From: Nitrospirota bacterium
Lineage (GTDB): Bacteria; Nitrospirota; UBA9217
DNA length: 64,000 nt
Direction: 5' to 3'
NCBI GenBank assembly: GCA_963751455.1
Contig: CAVVUN010000002.1
Location: forward strand, 288,001-352,000
The notes under the pieces were generated by a model. It ran no database searches. It had not been told where the DNA came from and worked only from the letters and a program-made list of their open reading frames with translations. Position numbers and translations under genes: made by a program. Numbering within the stretch: the first letter of the stretch is position 1; every line of letters starts with the position of its first letter. Positions 25,060-35,094 of the stretch are shown here, in pieces.

Positions 25060-25635
25060 ATGTTAATGGCGGAAAAAGGAACACTGCAGTACAAATTGAC
25101 CAAGATAACGGGTAAGACCGTGCTGGCGGCTGTAGTCGCCGTGGTAATGTTCTTTATCGCGAAGGACAAAGAATTAAAGGCCGTATGGTTTATGCCCGGC
25201 GTTCTCCTCACGTTCGCGGGAGAATGGCTGCGTCTGTGGGCGGCAGGCCATCTGAGGAAAAACAAGCAGCTTACGACCACGGGACCCTACTCATACGTTA
25301 AGAATCCTCTATATATAGGGACCCTCCTCATTACTCTGGGATACAGTGCCATGGCAATGAATATCTGGATCATGCTCGGCGGTTTTGTGTGGTTTTTCAT
25401 TTATTATGCGCCCTATAAGAAGAAGCAGGAGAATGAAAAACTTGTGGGCAGTTTCGGCGAGGCCTGGACTATATACGATAGGGCCGTGCCGGATTATATT
25501 CCCCGGTTAAGTCCGTATCCAGCGCGCGGCAACAACGGCTGGAGCTACGAGGTTGTGAAGGAAAACTCGGAACATGAGACGGCCATCGGCGTATTCATAG
25601 GGTTTTTCGTAATGCTCTGCCTGTTTCTGCGGTGA
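25060..25635 (+). CDS. Isoprenylcysteine carboxylmethyltransferase / PEMT family membrane protein
   Basis: LTTTGPYSYVKNPLYIG, FGEAW..Y...VP. Confidence 0.85.
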   Translation: MLMAEKGTLQYKLTKITGKTVLAAVVAVVMFFIAKDKELKAVWFMPGVLLTFAGEWLRLWAAGHLRKNKQLTTTGPYSYVKNPLYIGTLLITLGYSAMAMNIWIMLGGFVWFFIYYAPYKKKQENEKLVGSFGEAWTIYDRAVPDYIPRLSPYPARGNNGWSYEVVKENSEHETAIGVFIGFFVMLCLFLR

Positions 25636-25781
25636 TGGTGCTTGCGCAGGTTGTGCAAGTGCAAAATGCAAAGTCCAAAATGCAAAATAAATAGGGTCCC
25701 CCGCCTCAGGCCGTATATTAATTCTGCAATTTCCAATTTGGAAATCGATATTTGCATTCGCGGCCGTCTTGAGGCCGCGAT

Positions 25782-26294
25782 ATGATCATATCGCTTATCG
25801 CGGCCATGGCCGAAAACCGCGTGATCGGATACAGGGGCAAGATTCCCTGGAACATCCCGTCTGACCAGAAGCGGTTCAGAGAAATAACCATGGGGAGTGC
25901 GGTTCTTTTCGGGCGGGTGACTTTCGAGATCATCGGGCATCCTCTGCCGGGCAGAAGAAATGTCGTGCTGACCCGGAAGCAACACTATCAGCCGCCGGGC
26001 GTGCTCGTTGTCCACAGCCTGGACGAGGCGTTTGCAGCATGCAGCAATGAGAGCGAGCTTTTCATAGGCGGAGGAGGCATAGTCTTCGAAGAAACAATCT
26101 CTGTGGCAGACCGGATCTATCTGTCGGTTATCCATGAGTCGTATGAAGGGGATTCTTTCTTTCCATTGATTCCCGCCGATTTTACCGAGGCGTCGCGGAA
26201 AGAAATAGAGGACATGCCGTCCTACAGTTTTATTGTCTATGAGCGGAGAACAGAACCGCAGCGTGAAGAGAAAAAGAGTCAGTCGGAGAATTAA
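25782..26294 (+). CDS. folA: Dihydrofolate reductase
   Basis: IAAMAENRVIG, PW, PLPGRRNVVLT, IGGG, EGDSFFP. Confidence 0.95.
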   Translation: MIISLIAAMAENRVIGYRGKIPWNIPSDQKRFREITMGSAVLFGRVTFEIIGHPLPGRRNVVLTRKQHYQPPGVLVVHSLDEAFAACSNESELFIGGGGIVFEETISVADRIYLSVIHESYEGDSFFPLIPADFTEASRKEIEDMPSYSFIVYERRTEPQREEKKSQSEN

Positions 26295-26324
26295 TTTCTC
26301 TCAAAGACGATTTTACGAAGTCTG

Positions 26325-26885
26325 TTAGTGGACAGACTTTAATTTCTGGCGAAAGTCTCTAAATTCAGGCCTTTGCTCAAATCCTTCGAAGCGCTTGTCC
26401 GCAGATACTTCCTTCAATTCCCGACCCAATTGTCCGTTGTTCAAGGCGCTTTCGAGCATTTCACGTGCGAAGCCGTAGTTGCCGAGAAGATAGTTCGCCT
26501 GAAACAGCATCCAGTCCACGCGGGCAGAGCTCGCCCATGACCCTAAAAACGGCATTTGAACACGGATGAACACGGAAACAGCGGATCAAAACAATGTGAT
26601 AGAGCAAAAAGCCATCTCGCCTTTTGGGTGAATCCATTACTGTTCGTAACTTCCTATAAATCCGTGTTGATCAGATTTTATCCGTGTCCAACTGCTTTTT
26701 TCAGGATGACAGCTTTTTAGCCTTCCGCAGATAGACATCCGCCAATTCATAATTTTCTTGTCCAATGCTTCTTCGCCGAGAATGACGTACGGAACCGTGT
26801 CGCTGGGTTTTGTGGAGATATATTTTCTCAGAAATTTTAATGCAGCATTCCGGTCCCTTTGTACGTAAAGAAAGTACAACCCCAT
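26325..26885 (-). pseudogene. TPR-like gene interrupted by a MITE
   Basis: Removing 26542-26705 and one TSD joins NYELADVYLRKAKKLS to WASSARVDWMLFQ in frame. Confidence 0.65.
26542..26705. mobile_element. 164-bp MITE, inverted copy of 17482-17645
   Basis: Same sequence on the opposite strand; ATGAC TSD. Confidence 0.9.
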
Positions 26886-27036
26886 GTAGGCTTCATATGC
26901 GCCGAATCATGGTATTTTTCGGCAGTTGATTTTTTGAGTACGATAGTTAAAACAAAACCACGTTTGGAATCTTAGATTACATATAGATACTTTTAGTTTA
27001 CAATGAATATTATGGCTATGGTAATTGCGCACATAA

Positions 27037-27065
27037 TTGACAGCCAAGAGCGGAAAGAGTAATAT
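27037..27065 (+). promoter_or_regulatory. sigma-70 promoter of uvrB
   Basis: TTGACA-N17-TAATAT, 5 nt before the ATG. Confidence 0.7.
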
Positions 27066-27070
27066 CTCTT

Positions 27071-29077
27071 ATGCGGAAGTTCAGGATCACGTCCGACTTT
27101 AAACCTACGGGAGATCAGCCGCAGGCGATCGAGAAACTGTCGGAAGGCATCGTGAGGGGCATTGTCCATCAGGTCCTCCTTGGTGTGACCGGATCGGGCA
27201 AGACTTTCACCATGGCAAACGTGATCGAGAAAGTGCAGAAGCCGACGCTTATAATCGCCCACAACAAAACTCTTGCAGCACAGCTCTATAACGAGTTCAA
27301 GGAACTCTTTCCGGAAAATTCGGTTGAATATTTCGTTTCCTATTATGATTACTATCAGCCGGAAGCGTATCTCCCCACGACGGACACCTATATTGAGAAG
27401 GACTCCTCGATCAACGAGCAGATAGACCGCATGCGCCACTCCGCGACCAATTCGCTTTTCGAGCGGAACGACGTGATTGTCGTGGCATCGGTCTCCTGCA
27501 TCTATGGTCTTGGTTCGCCGGAAGCCTACCACGGAATGCTCCTGTTTCTCGAACAGAACCAGCGGATCGAGCGCGACGATATCCTGAGAAAGCTCGTGGA
27601 TATCCAGTATACTCGAAACGATATTGATTTCCACCGCGGTACGTTCCGGGCGAGGGGAGATGTCGTTGAGATCTTCCCGGCATCGTACGAGAGTACCGCT
27701 GTCCGGATCGAGCTGTTCGGAGATGAGATTGAGTCGATCTCGGTCTTCGACCCGCTTCTCGGCACCCCTCTTAAGAAGCTGGAAAAGATCGCGATCTATC
27801 CGGGCAGTCATTACGTTATCCCGGAAACACGCATGAAGTCGGCCATCGACGGCATTCACGACGAACTCAGGGACAGGATACAAACGTTCCGGAAAACCAA
27901 CAAGCTTATCGAAGCCCAGCGCATCGAACAACGAACCATGTTCGATCTCGAAATGATCCAGGAGATGGGCTATTGCCACGGCATTGAAAACTATTCCCGC
28001 CATCTATCCGGAAGAGTCCCGGGTGAACCGCCCCCTACGCTGCTTGATTACTTCCCTGAAGATTTTCTGCTGATTGTCGACGAGTCGCACGCGACAATAC
28101 CGCAGATAGGCGGCATGTACAACGGCGACCGGGCGAGAAAACAGACTCTCGTGGATTACGGTTTCCGCCTGCCGTCCGCCCTCGATAACCGGCCTCTTAA
28201 TTTCCAGGAATTCGAGGAACGGGTGCGTCAGACGATTTATGTGTCGGCAACGCCCGCAGACTTTGAAACCGGAAAATCTAAAGGAAGGATAATCGAGCAG
28301 GTGATCCGTCCCACGGGGCTGACTGACCCGGAAATAACCATTAAACCGGTAAAGGGCCAGGTGGACGACCTCCTGAATGAGATCCGGAAGAGAGCGGAAA
28401 CGGGTGAACGGGTTTTGATCACGACGCTTACGAAGCGCATGGCTGAGGACCTGACCGAGCATTATAAGGAACTGAACGTGAAGGTCGCGTATCTCCATTC
28501 CGACATCCACACGCTGGAACGGACGGATATCATCCGCGACCTCAGGATGGGCAAGTATGACGTTCTGATCGGCATCAATCTTCTGCGCGAAGGCCTCGAT
28601 ATACCCGAGGTCTCGCTCGTTGCCATCCTTGATGCGGATAAGGAAGGGTTCCTTCGCTCAACGCGTTCGCTCATCCAGACGATGGGCCGCGCAGCACGGA
28701 ACGTGAACGGCGAGGTGATACTATATGCAGAAATCATCACAGCCTCGATAGCGAATGCCGTTGCGGAGACGAAGCGGCGGCGGACTGTCCAGGAAGAGTA
28801 TAACCGAAAGAACGGCATCACGCCCCAGTCGATAAAGAAAAACATTCATGCCGCGCTCCGGACCGTGTACGAGCAGGATTACTTTACGGTGCCGATTGCC
28901 GCGGAAGAGGCAGTCGAATATATGTCCGCGGCCGACATTCCCGCAGTTGTTGCTTCCCTGGATAAACAAATGCGGGCTGCTGCCAAGGCACTCGACTTCG
29001 AGACAGCGGCGGAACTCCGCGACAAGATCAGGTCCCTGAAACAGCGGGAATTGGCGGTGGGAGTGAAGACGGACTAA
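27071..29077 (+). CDS. uvrB: Excinuclease ABC subunit B
   Basis: [38 protein letters not shown]. Confidence 0.98.
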   Translation: MRKFRITSDFKPTGDQPQAIEKLSEGIVRGIVHQVLLGVTGSGKTFTMANVIEKVQKPTLIIAHNKTLAAQLYNEFKELFPENSVEYFVSYYDYYQPEAYLPTTDTYIEKDSSINEQIDRMRHSATNSLFERNDVIVVASVSCIYGLGSPEAYHGMLLFLEQNQRIERDDILRKLVDIQYTRNDIDFHRGTFRARGDVVEIFPASYESTAVRIELFGDEIESISVFDPLLGTPLKKLEKIAIYPGSHYVIPETRMKSAIDGIHDELRDRIQTFRKTNKLIEAQRIEQRTMFDLEMIQEMGYCHGIENYSRHLSGRVPGEPPPTLLDYFPEDFLLIVDESHATIPQIGGMYNGDRARKQTLVDYGFRLPSALDNRPLNFQEFEERVRQTIYVSATPADFETGKSKGRIIEQVIRPTGLTDPEITIKPVKGQVDDLLNEIRKRAETGERVLITTLTKRMAEDLTEHYKELNVKVAYLHSDIHTLERTDIIRDLRMGKYDVLIGINLLREGLDIPEVSLVAILDADKEGFLRSTRSLIQTMGRAARNVNGEVILYAEIITASIANAVAETKRRRTVQEEYNRKNGITPQSIKKNIHAALRTVYEQDYFTVPIAAEEAVEYMSAADIPAVVASLDKQMRAAAKALDFETAAELRDKIRSLKQRELAVGVKTD

Positions 29078-29144
29078 GACCTTCATTACCACGAACGGAA
29101 GTTCGTGAGCTTCGCGTTTGATTTTATAGAGAGGTAATAATGTT

Positions 29145-29747
29145 GTGTCACAAAAGACAGTATCAAAACATAAGATTTCCCGCCGCTTCGGCGTGGATAT
29201 ATACGGCACCGGCGGTCCTTCTCTCCAGAGAAGGATCAATGTCCCTCCGGGCGGCGAAAAAGCAGGGGCGCGGCAGCGCAAGTCGGAGTATGCCAGGCAG
29301 TTGACCGAGAAGCAGATGGTAAGATTCACCTATGGAGTGCGCGAGAAACAGTTCCTGCGGTACTTCGGAATGGCGCTCCGTTCGGAAGAGCCTTCGGGCA
29401 TTGTTCTTCTCCGGATCCTCGAGCGTCGTATCGATAACGTCCTCTTCCGGCTGGGCTTTGCACGTACACGCCTGATGGCCCGCCATCTCGTAAGTTACGG
29501 CCATGTACTGGTCAACGGCAAAAGGGTGGACAAACCGTCCTATCTTGTGAGTCCGGGCGAGGTTATCACCCTTACACCGACTGCTTTGAAGATTCCCGAG
29601 GTGCAGGATGAACTGAAAGCGCACCGTTCAGCGCTTTCCTGGCTGGTCCGTGAAGATACGACCGGCAAGGTCACGGGGTCGCCTCCCCGCGAAGAGATCG
29701 GCATGGAAATCGACGAATCTCTGATCGTGGAATTTTACTCACGGTAA
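29145..29747 (+). CDS. rpsD: 30S ribosomal protein S4 (stand-alone, Cys-free)
   Basis: SEYARQLTEKQ, LERRIDNVLFRLG, ARHLVSYGH, IVEFYSR. Confidence 0.92.
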   Translation: MSQKTVSKHKISRRFGVDIYGTGGPSLQRRINVPPGGEKAGARQRKSEYARQLTEKQMVRFTYGVREKQFLRYFGMALRSEEPSGIVLLRILERRIDNVLFRLGFARTRLMARHLVSYGHVLVNGKRVDKPSYLVSPGEVITLTPTALKIPEVQDELKAHRSALSWLVREDTTGKVTGSPPREEIGMEIDESLIVEFYSR

Positions 29748-29838
29748 CCTGCCGTCCCTCATGCCTGCTACACTCGCTATTTCCCGGAATAATGCAGTTA
29801 TCGATATATTTTCGTGATTTTACCAGGATAAAACTGTG

Positions 29839-29867
29839 TTGACAGCATCACAAAAAATATATATAAT
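29839..29867 (+). promoter_or_regulatory. Consensus sigma-70 promoter of the toxin-antitoxin pair
   Basis: TTGACA-N17-TATAAT; overlapping CACAA...TTGTG inverted repeat. Confidence 0.8.
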
Positions 29868-29890
29868 ATTGTGCAGGAGAGTAAAGGGAT

Positions 29891-30088
29891 ATGAGGGCAA
29901 CCGTAACACTGGATAAGAAGATTCTCGACGAACTCGTGCATGAGAGCGGTCAGAAAAACAAGGCAACAGCTGTCAGGGAGGCTGTCGCGGTTTATCTGAG
30001 GCAGAAAAAAGTTGAGAAAATAAAATCGATGAAGGGAAAAGTGAAGTTCGACAAGACCGCGGATGAGCTCAGGCATTATGAGAGATAG
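29891..30088 (+). CDS. vapB: VapB-type antitoxin
   Basis: MRATVTLD...K..AVREA pattern; overlaps a PIN gene. Confidence 0.85.
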   Translation: MRATVTLDKKILDELVHESGQKNKATAVREAVAVYLRQKKVEKIKSMKGKVKFDKTADELRHYER

Positions 30089-30485
30089 TGTTCTGATCGA
30101 CACCTCCGTCTGGATCGCTTATTTTCAGGCAAGCGGTTCGATATCTCTTTCGGATCAGGTTGACGAGCTTCTTTCCCGAAGCAGCATTTTGGTCCCGAAG
30201 ATCGTTCTCGCGGAATTGATCCAGGGAGCGCATTCCGAAAAAGATGTTGCAGTGATTCGAGGGTTTCTTGACGCCTTTCACACTATCGGCGAGCGGGATG
30301 ATACTTGGGTGAAAGCCGGGCAGCTTTCGTATGCGCTAAAGAAAAAAGGTAAAACGATAAACCTTGCCGATTGCTATATTTCCATCATCGCACTGGAACA
30401 TCAGTGTGTCGTCTTGACGCTTGATAAGCATTTCAGGGAAATTCAAAAAGTAACAGGACTGAAGCTCCTGCCTCTCCGTTCTTAA
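30078..30485 (+). CDS. vapC: VapC PIN-domain toxin
   Basis: LIDTSVWI, ELIQG, ADCYI, TLDKHF. Confidence 0.92.
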   Translation: MRDSVLIDTSVWIAYFQASGSISLSDQVDELLSRSSILVPKIVLAELIQGAHSEKDVAVIRGFLDAFHTIGERDDTWVKAGQLSYALKKKGKTINLADCYISIIALEHQCVVLTLDKHFREIQKVTGLKLLPLRS

Positions 30486-30546
30486 TCATTCCTGGTGAAG
30501 TGTCTGCGCGATTGCAAACCTCATTATCCTTTTGCGTTTTTAAATT

Positions 30547-30575
30547 ATCCGTGTCCATCCGTGTTCATCCGTGGT
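30547..30575. repeat. Short tandem repeat ATCCGTGTYC
   Basis: ATCCGTGTCC ATCCGTGTTC ATCCGTGGT; same motif occurs in MITE ends. Confidence 0.7.
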
Positions 30576-30586
30576 AAAATAATTTG

Positions 30587-32464
30587 ATGACGCTTGAAGA
30601 AAAAATCCAGAACCTCCCGGACTCGCCGGGGGTCTATATGATGAAGGACGTCGGCGGACATGTGATCTACATCGGCAAGGCTGTCTCGCTCTGGAACCGG
30701 GTGCGTTCCTATTTTCAGAAGGGCTCGAAGGGCGAAAAGACGGAGATCATGGTGAGGCAGATCGCGGACCTGGAGACAATCGTTACTCATACCGAACTCG
30801 AGGCGCTGGCGCTCGAGTCGAATCTCATTAAAAAGCATCGTCCGCGTTATAATATCATCCTTCGAGATGACAAGAATTATCCGTATCTGCGTTTCGATAC
30901 AAAATCGGAATACCCCAGACTGGAAGTCGTTCGCCGCCTGAAAAAGGACGGCGCCCTTTACTATGGACCGTATGTGCCGGCAGGCGGCATGTGGGAATCG
31001 CTAGCGCTTATCCGGCGGACATTTCCTATAGCACCGTGCAGAATGGAATTCAGGGCCGACAAGCCCGCGAGGCCATGCATACAGTTCCAGATCGGACGCT
31101 GTCTGGCTCCCTGCAGCGGCGATGCGGACAAGGTGCGATACCACGACATGGTTAACCAGGTCCGTCTTTTCCTGGAAGGCAAGAACCGGGACTTGATGGA
31201 TATGCTGAAGAAACGCATGGAGGAAGCGTCTGAGAGAATGGAGTATGAGCGGGCCGCGGAACTGCGGGACCGCATCGGGAAGATCGAAGGCGCCCTCGAG
31301 AAGCAGAAAATCATTTCCTCCGGGTTCGAGAACCAGGACGTGATCGGAACGGCCTTCGAGGCAGGCAGAGCGGACATCCAGGCTCTCTTCATCAGGAACG
31401 GCATGCTGCTCGGCCGCAAGGATTTTTATCTCGAGGACGTGCGGGGCATGACACAGGAACAGGTGCTGAACGATTTCCTCCGGCAGTTCTATTCAAAAGA
31501 GATGATCGTACCCCGTGAGATTCTTCTTCCTTTTGAGGTGGAGGACCGTGAAATTATTGAAACCTGGCTCTCTGGAAAAAAGGGCGGCAGGGTTGAAATG
31601 CTGGCGCCGCAGCGTGGGCGAAAACGGGAACTGGTTCAGATGGCCTGCGACAACGCCCGGCAGTCGCTGCGGGAACATGTGTTGTCCAGCCGCAGCAAGG
31701 AAAAGATTTTAATGCGGCTCCAGGAAGAGCTTGCCTTGGTCAATCTTCCGAAACGAATCGAGGCCTTTGACGTATCAACAATCCAGGGAACGGAATCGGT
31801 TGCGAGCATGGTAAGTTTTGAAAATAATATCCCGGACAAAAGAAACTATAAGCGCTTTAAAATCAAGACAGTCCGGGGACAGGACGATTTCGCAAGCATG
31901 GCGGAAGTCGTCCGACGCCGATATGCCGGTGCTCAGGAAAAGCAGGAGCTGCTGCCTGATCTCATTCTGATTGATGGAGGAAAGGCCCAATTGAACGCGG
32001 CGCTCGATGTTCTGGCCGAACTCGGGATTAAAGGCCCTGATGTAATCGGCCTCGCAAAAGCACGGAGCGGGGAGGAGGGGTCCGTTCGCGAATTCGAACG
32101 CGTCTTCCTGCCGGGTGTTGAAGAGCCGATCATTCTTGAGCCAACCGACGCTGCCACACACCTGGTCGCGAGGGTAAGAGATGAAGCGCATCGTTTTGCG
32201 ATCACGTATCATCGCACGCTGCGCGACAGGAGGGCTGTACATTCTGAACTCGATGATATCCCGGGCATCGGAGAAGTCAGGAAAAAAGCATTGCTCAGGC
32301 ATTTCGCCAGCGTTGAGAAGATCAGGCAGGCGACGCTAGAAGAGCTGTGCGCGGTCAAGGGAATGTCAAAGAAGGCGGCGGAGGAAATATCTAATTACTT
32401 CCATGGGAACAGGGGTCAGGGTTCAGGGGTCAGGGGAGTCAAGATACAATCGGAGGGGACATGA
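30587..32464 (+). CDS. uvrC: Excinuclease ABC subunit C
   Basis: PGVY...YIGKA, DDKNYPY, LIDGG, RDEAHRFA, HhH IPGIG. Confidence 0.97.
   Translation: MTLEEKIQNLPDSPGVYMMKDVGGHVIYIGKAVSLWNRVRSYFQKGSKGEKTEIMVRQIADLETIVTHTELEALALESNLIKKHRPRYNIILRDDKNYPYLRFDTKSEYPRLEVVRRLKKDGALYYGPYVPAGGMWESLALIRRTFPIAPCRMEFRADKPARPCIQFQIGRCLAPCSGDADKVRYHDMVNQVRLFLEGKNRDLMDMLKKRMEEASERMEYERAAELRDRIGKIEGALEKQKIISSGFENQDVIGTAFEAGRADIQALFIRNGMLLGRKDFYLEDVRGMTQEQVLNDFLRQFYSKEMIVPREILLPFEVEDREIIETWLSGKKGGRVEMLAPQRGRKRELVQMACDNARQSLREHVLSSRSKEKILMRLQEELALVNLPKRIEAFDVSTIQGTESVASMVSFENNIPDKRNYKRFKIKTVRGQDDFASMAEVVRRRYAGAQEKQELLPDLILIDGGKAQLNAALDVLAELGIKGPDVIGLAKARSGEEGSVREFERVFLPGVEEPIILEPTDAATHLVARVRDEAHRFAITYHRTLRDRRAVHSELDDIPGIGEVRKKALLRHFASVEKIRQATLEELCAVKGMSKKAAEEISNYFHGNRGQGSGVRGVKIQSEGT
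32410..32437 (+). repeat. Heptamer array CAGGGKT x4
   Basis: CAGGGGT CAGGGTT CAGGGGT CAGGGGA; complementary ACCCTGA x2 at 33080-33093. Confidence 0.75.
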
Positions 32465-33061
32465 AAGGGGAAAAATCCTCAATGATCAGTTGGGACACGG
32501 AAGAATCGGATTTACCGGATAAAAATCTGATAATTCAATTGCCTTTTGACGAATTTGTGACGAATACAATCGTCACACGGTTAAGGGCTTTCGGGATTTG
32601 ATCGTATGGAAACGAGCTTACGATTTGGCCTTGGATCTTTATCGTGCGACAAAAAAATTTCCTAAAGAAGAAATGTATGGAATGACTTCCCAAATTCAAA
32701 GAGCGGCAGTCTCGGTGCCCGCCAATATTGCGGAAGGTTATGAACGAAATCATAGAAAAGAATATCTTCAATTTCTGTAATTACTCAGGTCATTTTTTTA
32801 TCCGCAGATTACGCAGATTTCGCAGATAAAAACAAAACCAGAATTTCGGTTTTAGAATCTGCGTCAATCTGCGAAATCTGCGGATAGAAGGGCTTTTTCT
32901 TAGATTTGTCTTAATGCTGTTCTGAAAAGAAGCTGAATAGTTACCAGTTTCTTTTTATCGCAAAGGGTTCATTGGGAGAACTTGATACGTATCTGTTATT
33001 GGCACGAGACTTGGGTTATATGGGCAAAATGCTTCAAGGACTGATAAAATCTTTGTCATGA
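32461..33061 (+). pseudogene. Four-helix-bundle (23S rRNA IVP-like) gene broken by insertions
   Basis: FRDLIVWKRAY..FPKEEMYGMTSQIQRAAVSVPANIAEG..EYLQFL, resuming FIAKGSLGELDTYLLLARDLGY..KMLQGLIKSLS*. Confidence 0.85.
32777..32944. mobile_element. 168-bp MITE with internal nonamer inverted arrays
   Basis: TIR GTAATTACTCAG / CTGAATAGTTAC; 8-bp TSD CAATTTCT/CAGTTTCT; CGCAGATT arrays. Confidence 0.8.
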
Positions 33062-33113
33062 TATTATTTGTTAATCTGGACCCTGAACCCTGAGTATATT
33101 TAAAGGAGTCATC

Positions 33114-33926
33114 ATGACCAACGAACAATGGCTTTCCGTTTTTAAAGAGATAGGGAAACGAATGCGGCAGGAAGTTTCCTCGATTATCGGCAAGGAAGGC
33201 GGCGCGGTACCGCTTGGAAAAGGAGCGGGCGGCGATAAAACGTTCCCGATCGACAAATGGGCCGAGGATATAGTCGTTTCTGCCTTGGAAAAGGTTCACG
33301 GGAATGGCGAGTCGTTCACGCTGATATCGGAGGAACTGGGTATACGCAAGTTCGGCGAGGGAAAGAAGATCGTGCTCGTTGACCCGATCGACGGCAGCAA
33401 CAATGCAAAAACCGGCTTGCCTTTTTTCTCGTTATCAATGGCGCTCCTGAACGGCGATACGCTTTCGGATCTTGAAGCGGCATATGTTGTCAATCTTGCC
33501 ATGGGAGACGAGTTCTGGGCGCTTCGCGGACAAGGCGCGTACAAGAACGGAAAACGGATACGGACCTCCTCGGCTGAAGGAATTACGATCGTTTCGTATG
33601 AGGCCTCTTCTCCGGGAGCGGACATTCCCCGTCTTATGCCTCTCTTCAGCCTGGCAAAGAGGACCCGCTGCTTAGGATCAGTCGCGCTGGACCTGTGTTA
33701 CGTAGCCTCGGGCGCGCTCAGTCTGCTCGTTATAGCGAATCCGGCCCGGAGCTTTGATTATGCAGCGGGAATGCTTATTACCAAGGAGGCGGACGGCGTC
33801 GTCACCGATATAGAGGGAACACCCATAGATTCGGTTGCGGCCGGCCTCCAAAGAACAGTGCCCTTGATTGCGAGCGCCAATGAGCGGGTACACCGGGCGG
33901 CGCTGGAAGCGCTTGCTCGCGCTTGA
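33114..33926 (+). CDS. Inositol monophosphatase / FBPase family
   Basis: SEE, VDPIDGSNNA, GSVALD, DYAAG. Confidence 0.9.
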   Translation: MTNEQWLSVFKEIGKRMRQEVSSIIGKEGGAVPLGKGAGGDKTFPIDKWAEDIVVSALEKVHGNGESFTLISEELGIRKFGEGKKIVLVDPIDGSNNAKTGLPFFSLSMALLNGDTLSDLEAAYVVNLAMGDEFWALRGQGAYKNGKRIRTSSAEGITIVSYEASSPGADIPRLMPLFSLAKRTRCLGSVALDLCYVASGALSLLVIANPARSFDYAAGMLITKEADGVVTDIEGTPIDSVAAGLQRTVPLIASANERVHRAALEALARA

Positions 33927-34080
33927 TAAAGGCGGCTCAAAGCCCTGAAAACAGAGTGTACATGCAGACAGAAAAATTATTAAGCTTCGCGCCATGCGCT
34001 ATGCTCTTTGCACTTTCATTTTGGCGGCCTGATCCTGAAGTATTGACATAGAATTCTATTTATGTAATTATGGAACAATT

Positions 34081-35004
34081 ATGGCTTTAGTCAATCATAC
34101 TACGCGTGAAATAAACGCCAAGATCGTTTATTACGGACCGGGCCTCTGCGGGAAAACCACCAATATCCATCTCATCTATCACCGGATCGCTCCTGGCCAG
34201 CGTGGAAAGCTCATCTCGCTTGCAACAGAGACGGACCGCACACTGTTTTTCGATTTTCTGCCGGTAGAACTCGGTACGATAAAAAATTACAAAGTGCGCT
34301 TCCATCTCTATACCGTGCCTGGTCAGGTTTTTTATAATGCCACCCGGAAGCTCGTCCTGAAGGGAGCGGACGGCGTGATCTTCGTTGCGGATTCCCAGCG
34401 CGCCATGATCGATGCAAATATCGAGAGCATGGCGAATCTTCGCGATAATTTTGCCGATCAGGGCATCGATCTCAGTACATTTCCCATAGTGATTCAATAC
34501 AATAAAAGAGACCTGCCGGATATCATGTCGATCGAGGAACTGAATGCCGCGATCAATCCCCGGAACGTGCCTTTTTACGAGGCGGTGGCTATGACGGGTG
34601 AAGGCGTGCTCAAAACGTTCACTGCAATTTCCAAACTCGTGCTTCAGGATATGCAGAAGAACCCGGAACGCCATAACTTCACGCTGGGCGACATTATCGG
34701 CAAAGCAGAAAGACAGCCTCTCTCGGGGAATGAGGCCGTGAAGGAGTCAATTCCGGAAGAACCTTCAATGCACGGCGCACCGATGGCAGAAGCGAAGCCG
34801 GAAATGGTTGCGCTCGAAGAAGCAGTGGATGCCGGAATGAAAGTGAACCTTGGCAAGCCGTTCATGGAGGACAGGCAGATAATTCTCCCTTTTGACGTTT
34901 TGACGAATAACAAGGAAGACCAGTTTCAGCTCCGTGTTTCCATTGACATGGAGGCGCCCCTCGCTAAACGCTTTAAAGTAGTCGTCAAGAATTTCAGAAA
35001 ATAA
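34081..35004 (+). CDS. mglA: MglA-family small GTPase with C-terminal extension
   Basis: KIVYYGPGLCGKTTN, DRTLFFDF, TVPGQVFY, NKRD. Confidence 0.88.
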   Translation: MALVNHTTREINAKIVYYGPGLCGKTTNIHLIYHRIAPGQRGKLISLATETDRTLFFDFLPVELGTIKNYKVRFHLYTVPGQVFYNATRKLVLKGADGVIFVADSQRAMIDANIESMANLRDNFADQGIDLSTFPIVIQYNKRDLPDIMSIEELNAAINPRNVPFYEAVAMTGEGVLKTFTAISKLVLQDMQKNPERHNFTLGDIIGKAERQPLSGNEAVKESIPEEPSMHGAPMAEAKPEMVALEEAVDAGMKVNLGKPFMEDRQIILPFDVLTNNKEDQFQLRVSIDMEAPLAKRFKVVVKNFRK

Positions 35005-35094
35005 TCAACCGCCGTTTGAGAAAAGCGGCGGGGAAGGCGAGAGAGCGGGAGGAGCCCTTTTCCCGACCCCTTACCGCCTCGGCTTTTTTTTAAC

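Noticed and set aside
32461-33061. Diversity-generating retroelement (Avd-like gene)
   Set aside because: No reverse transcriptase or template/variable repeat pair in the window.
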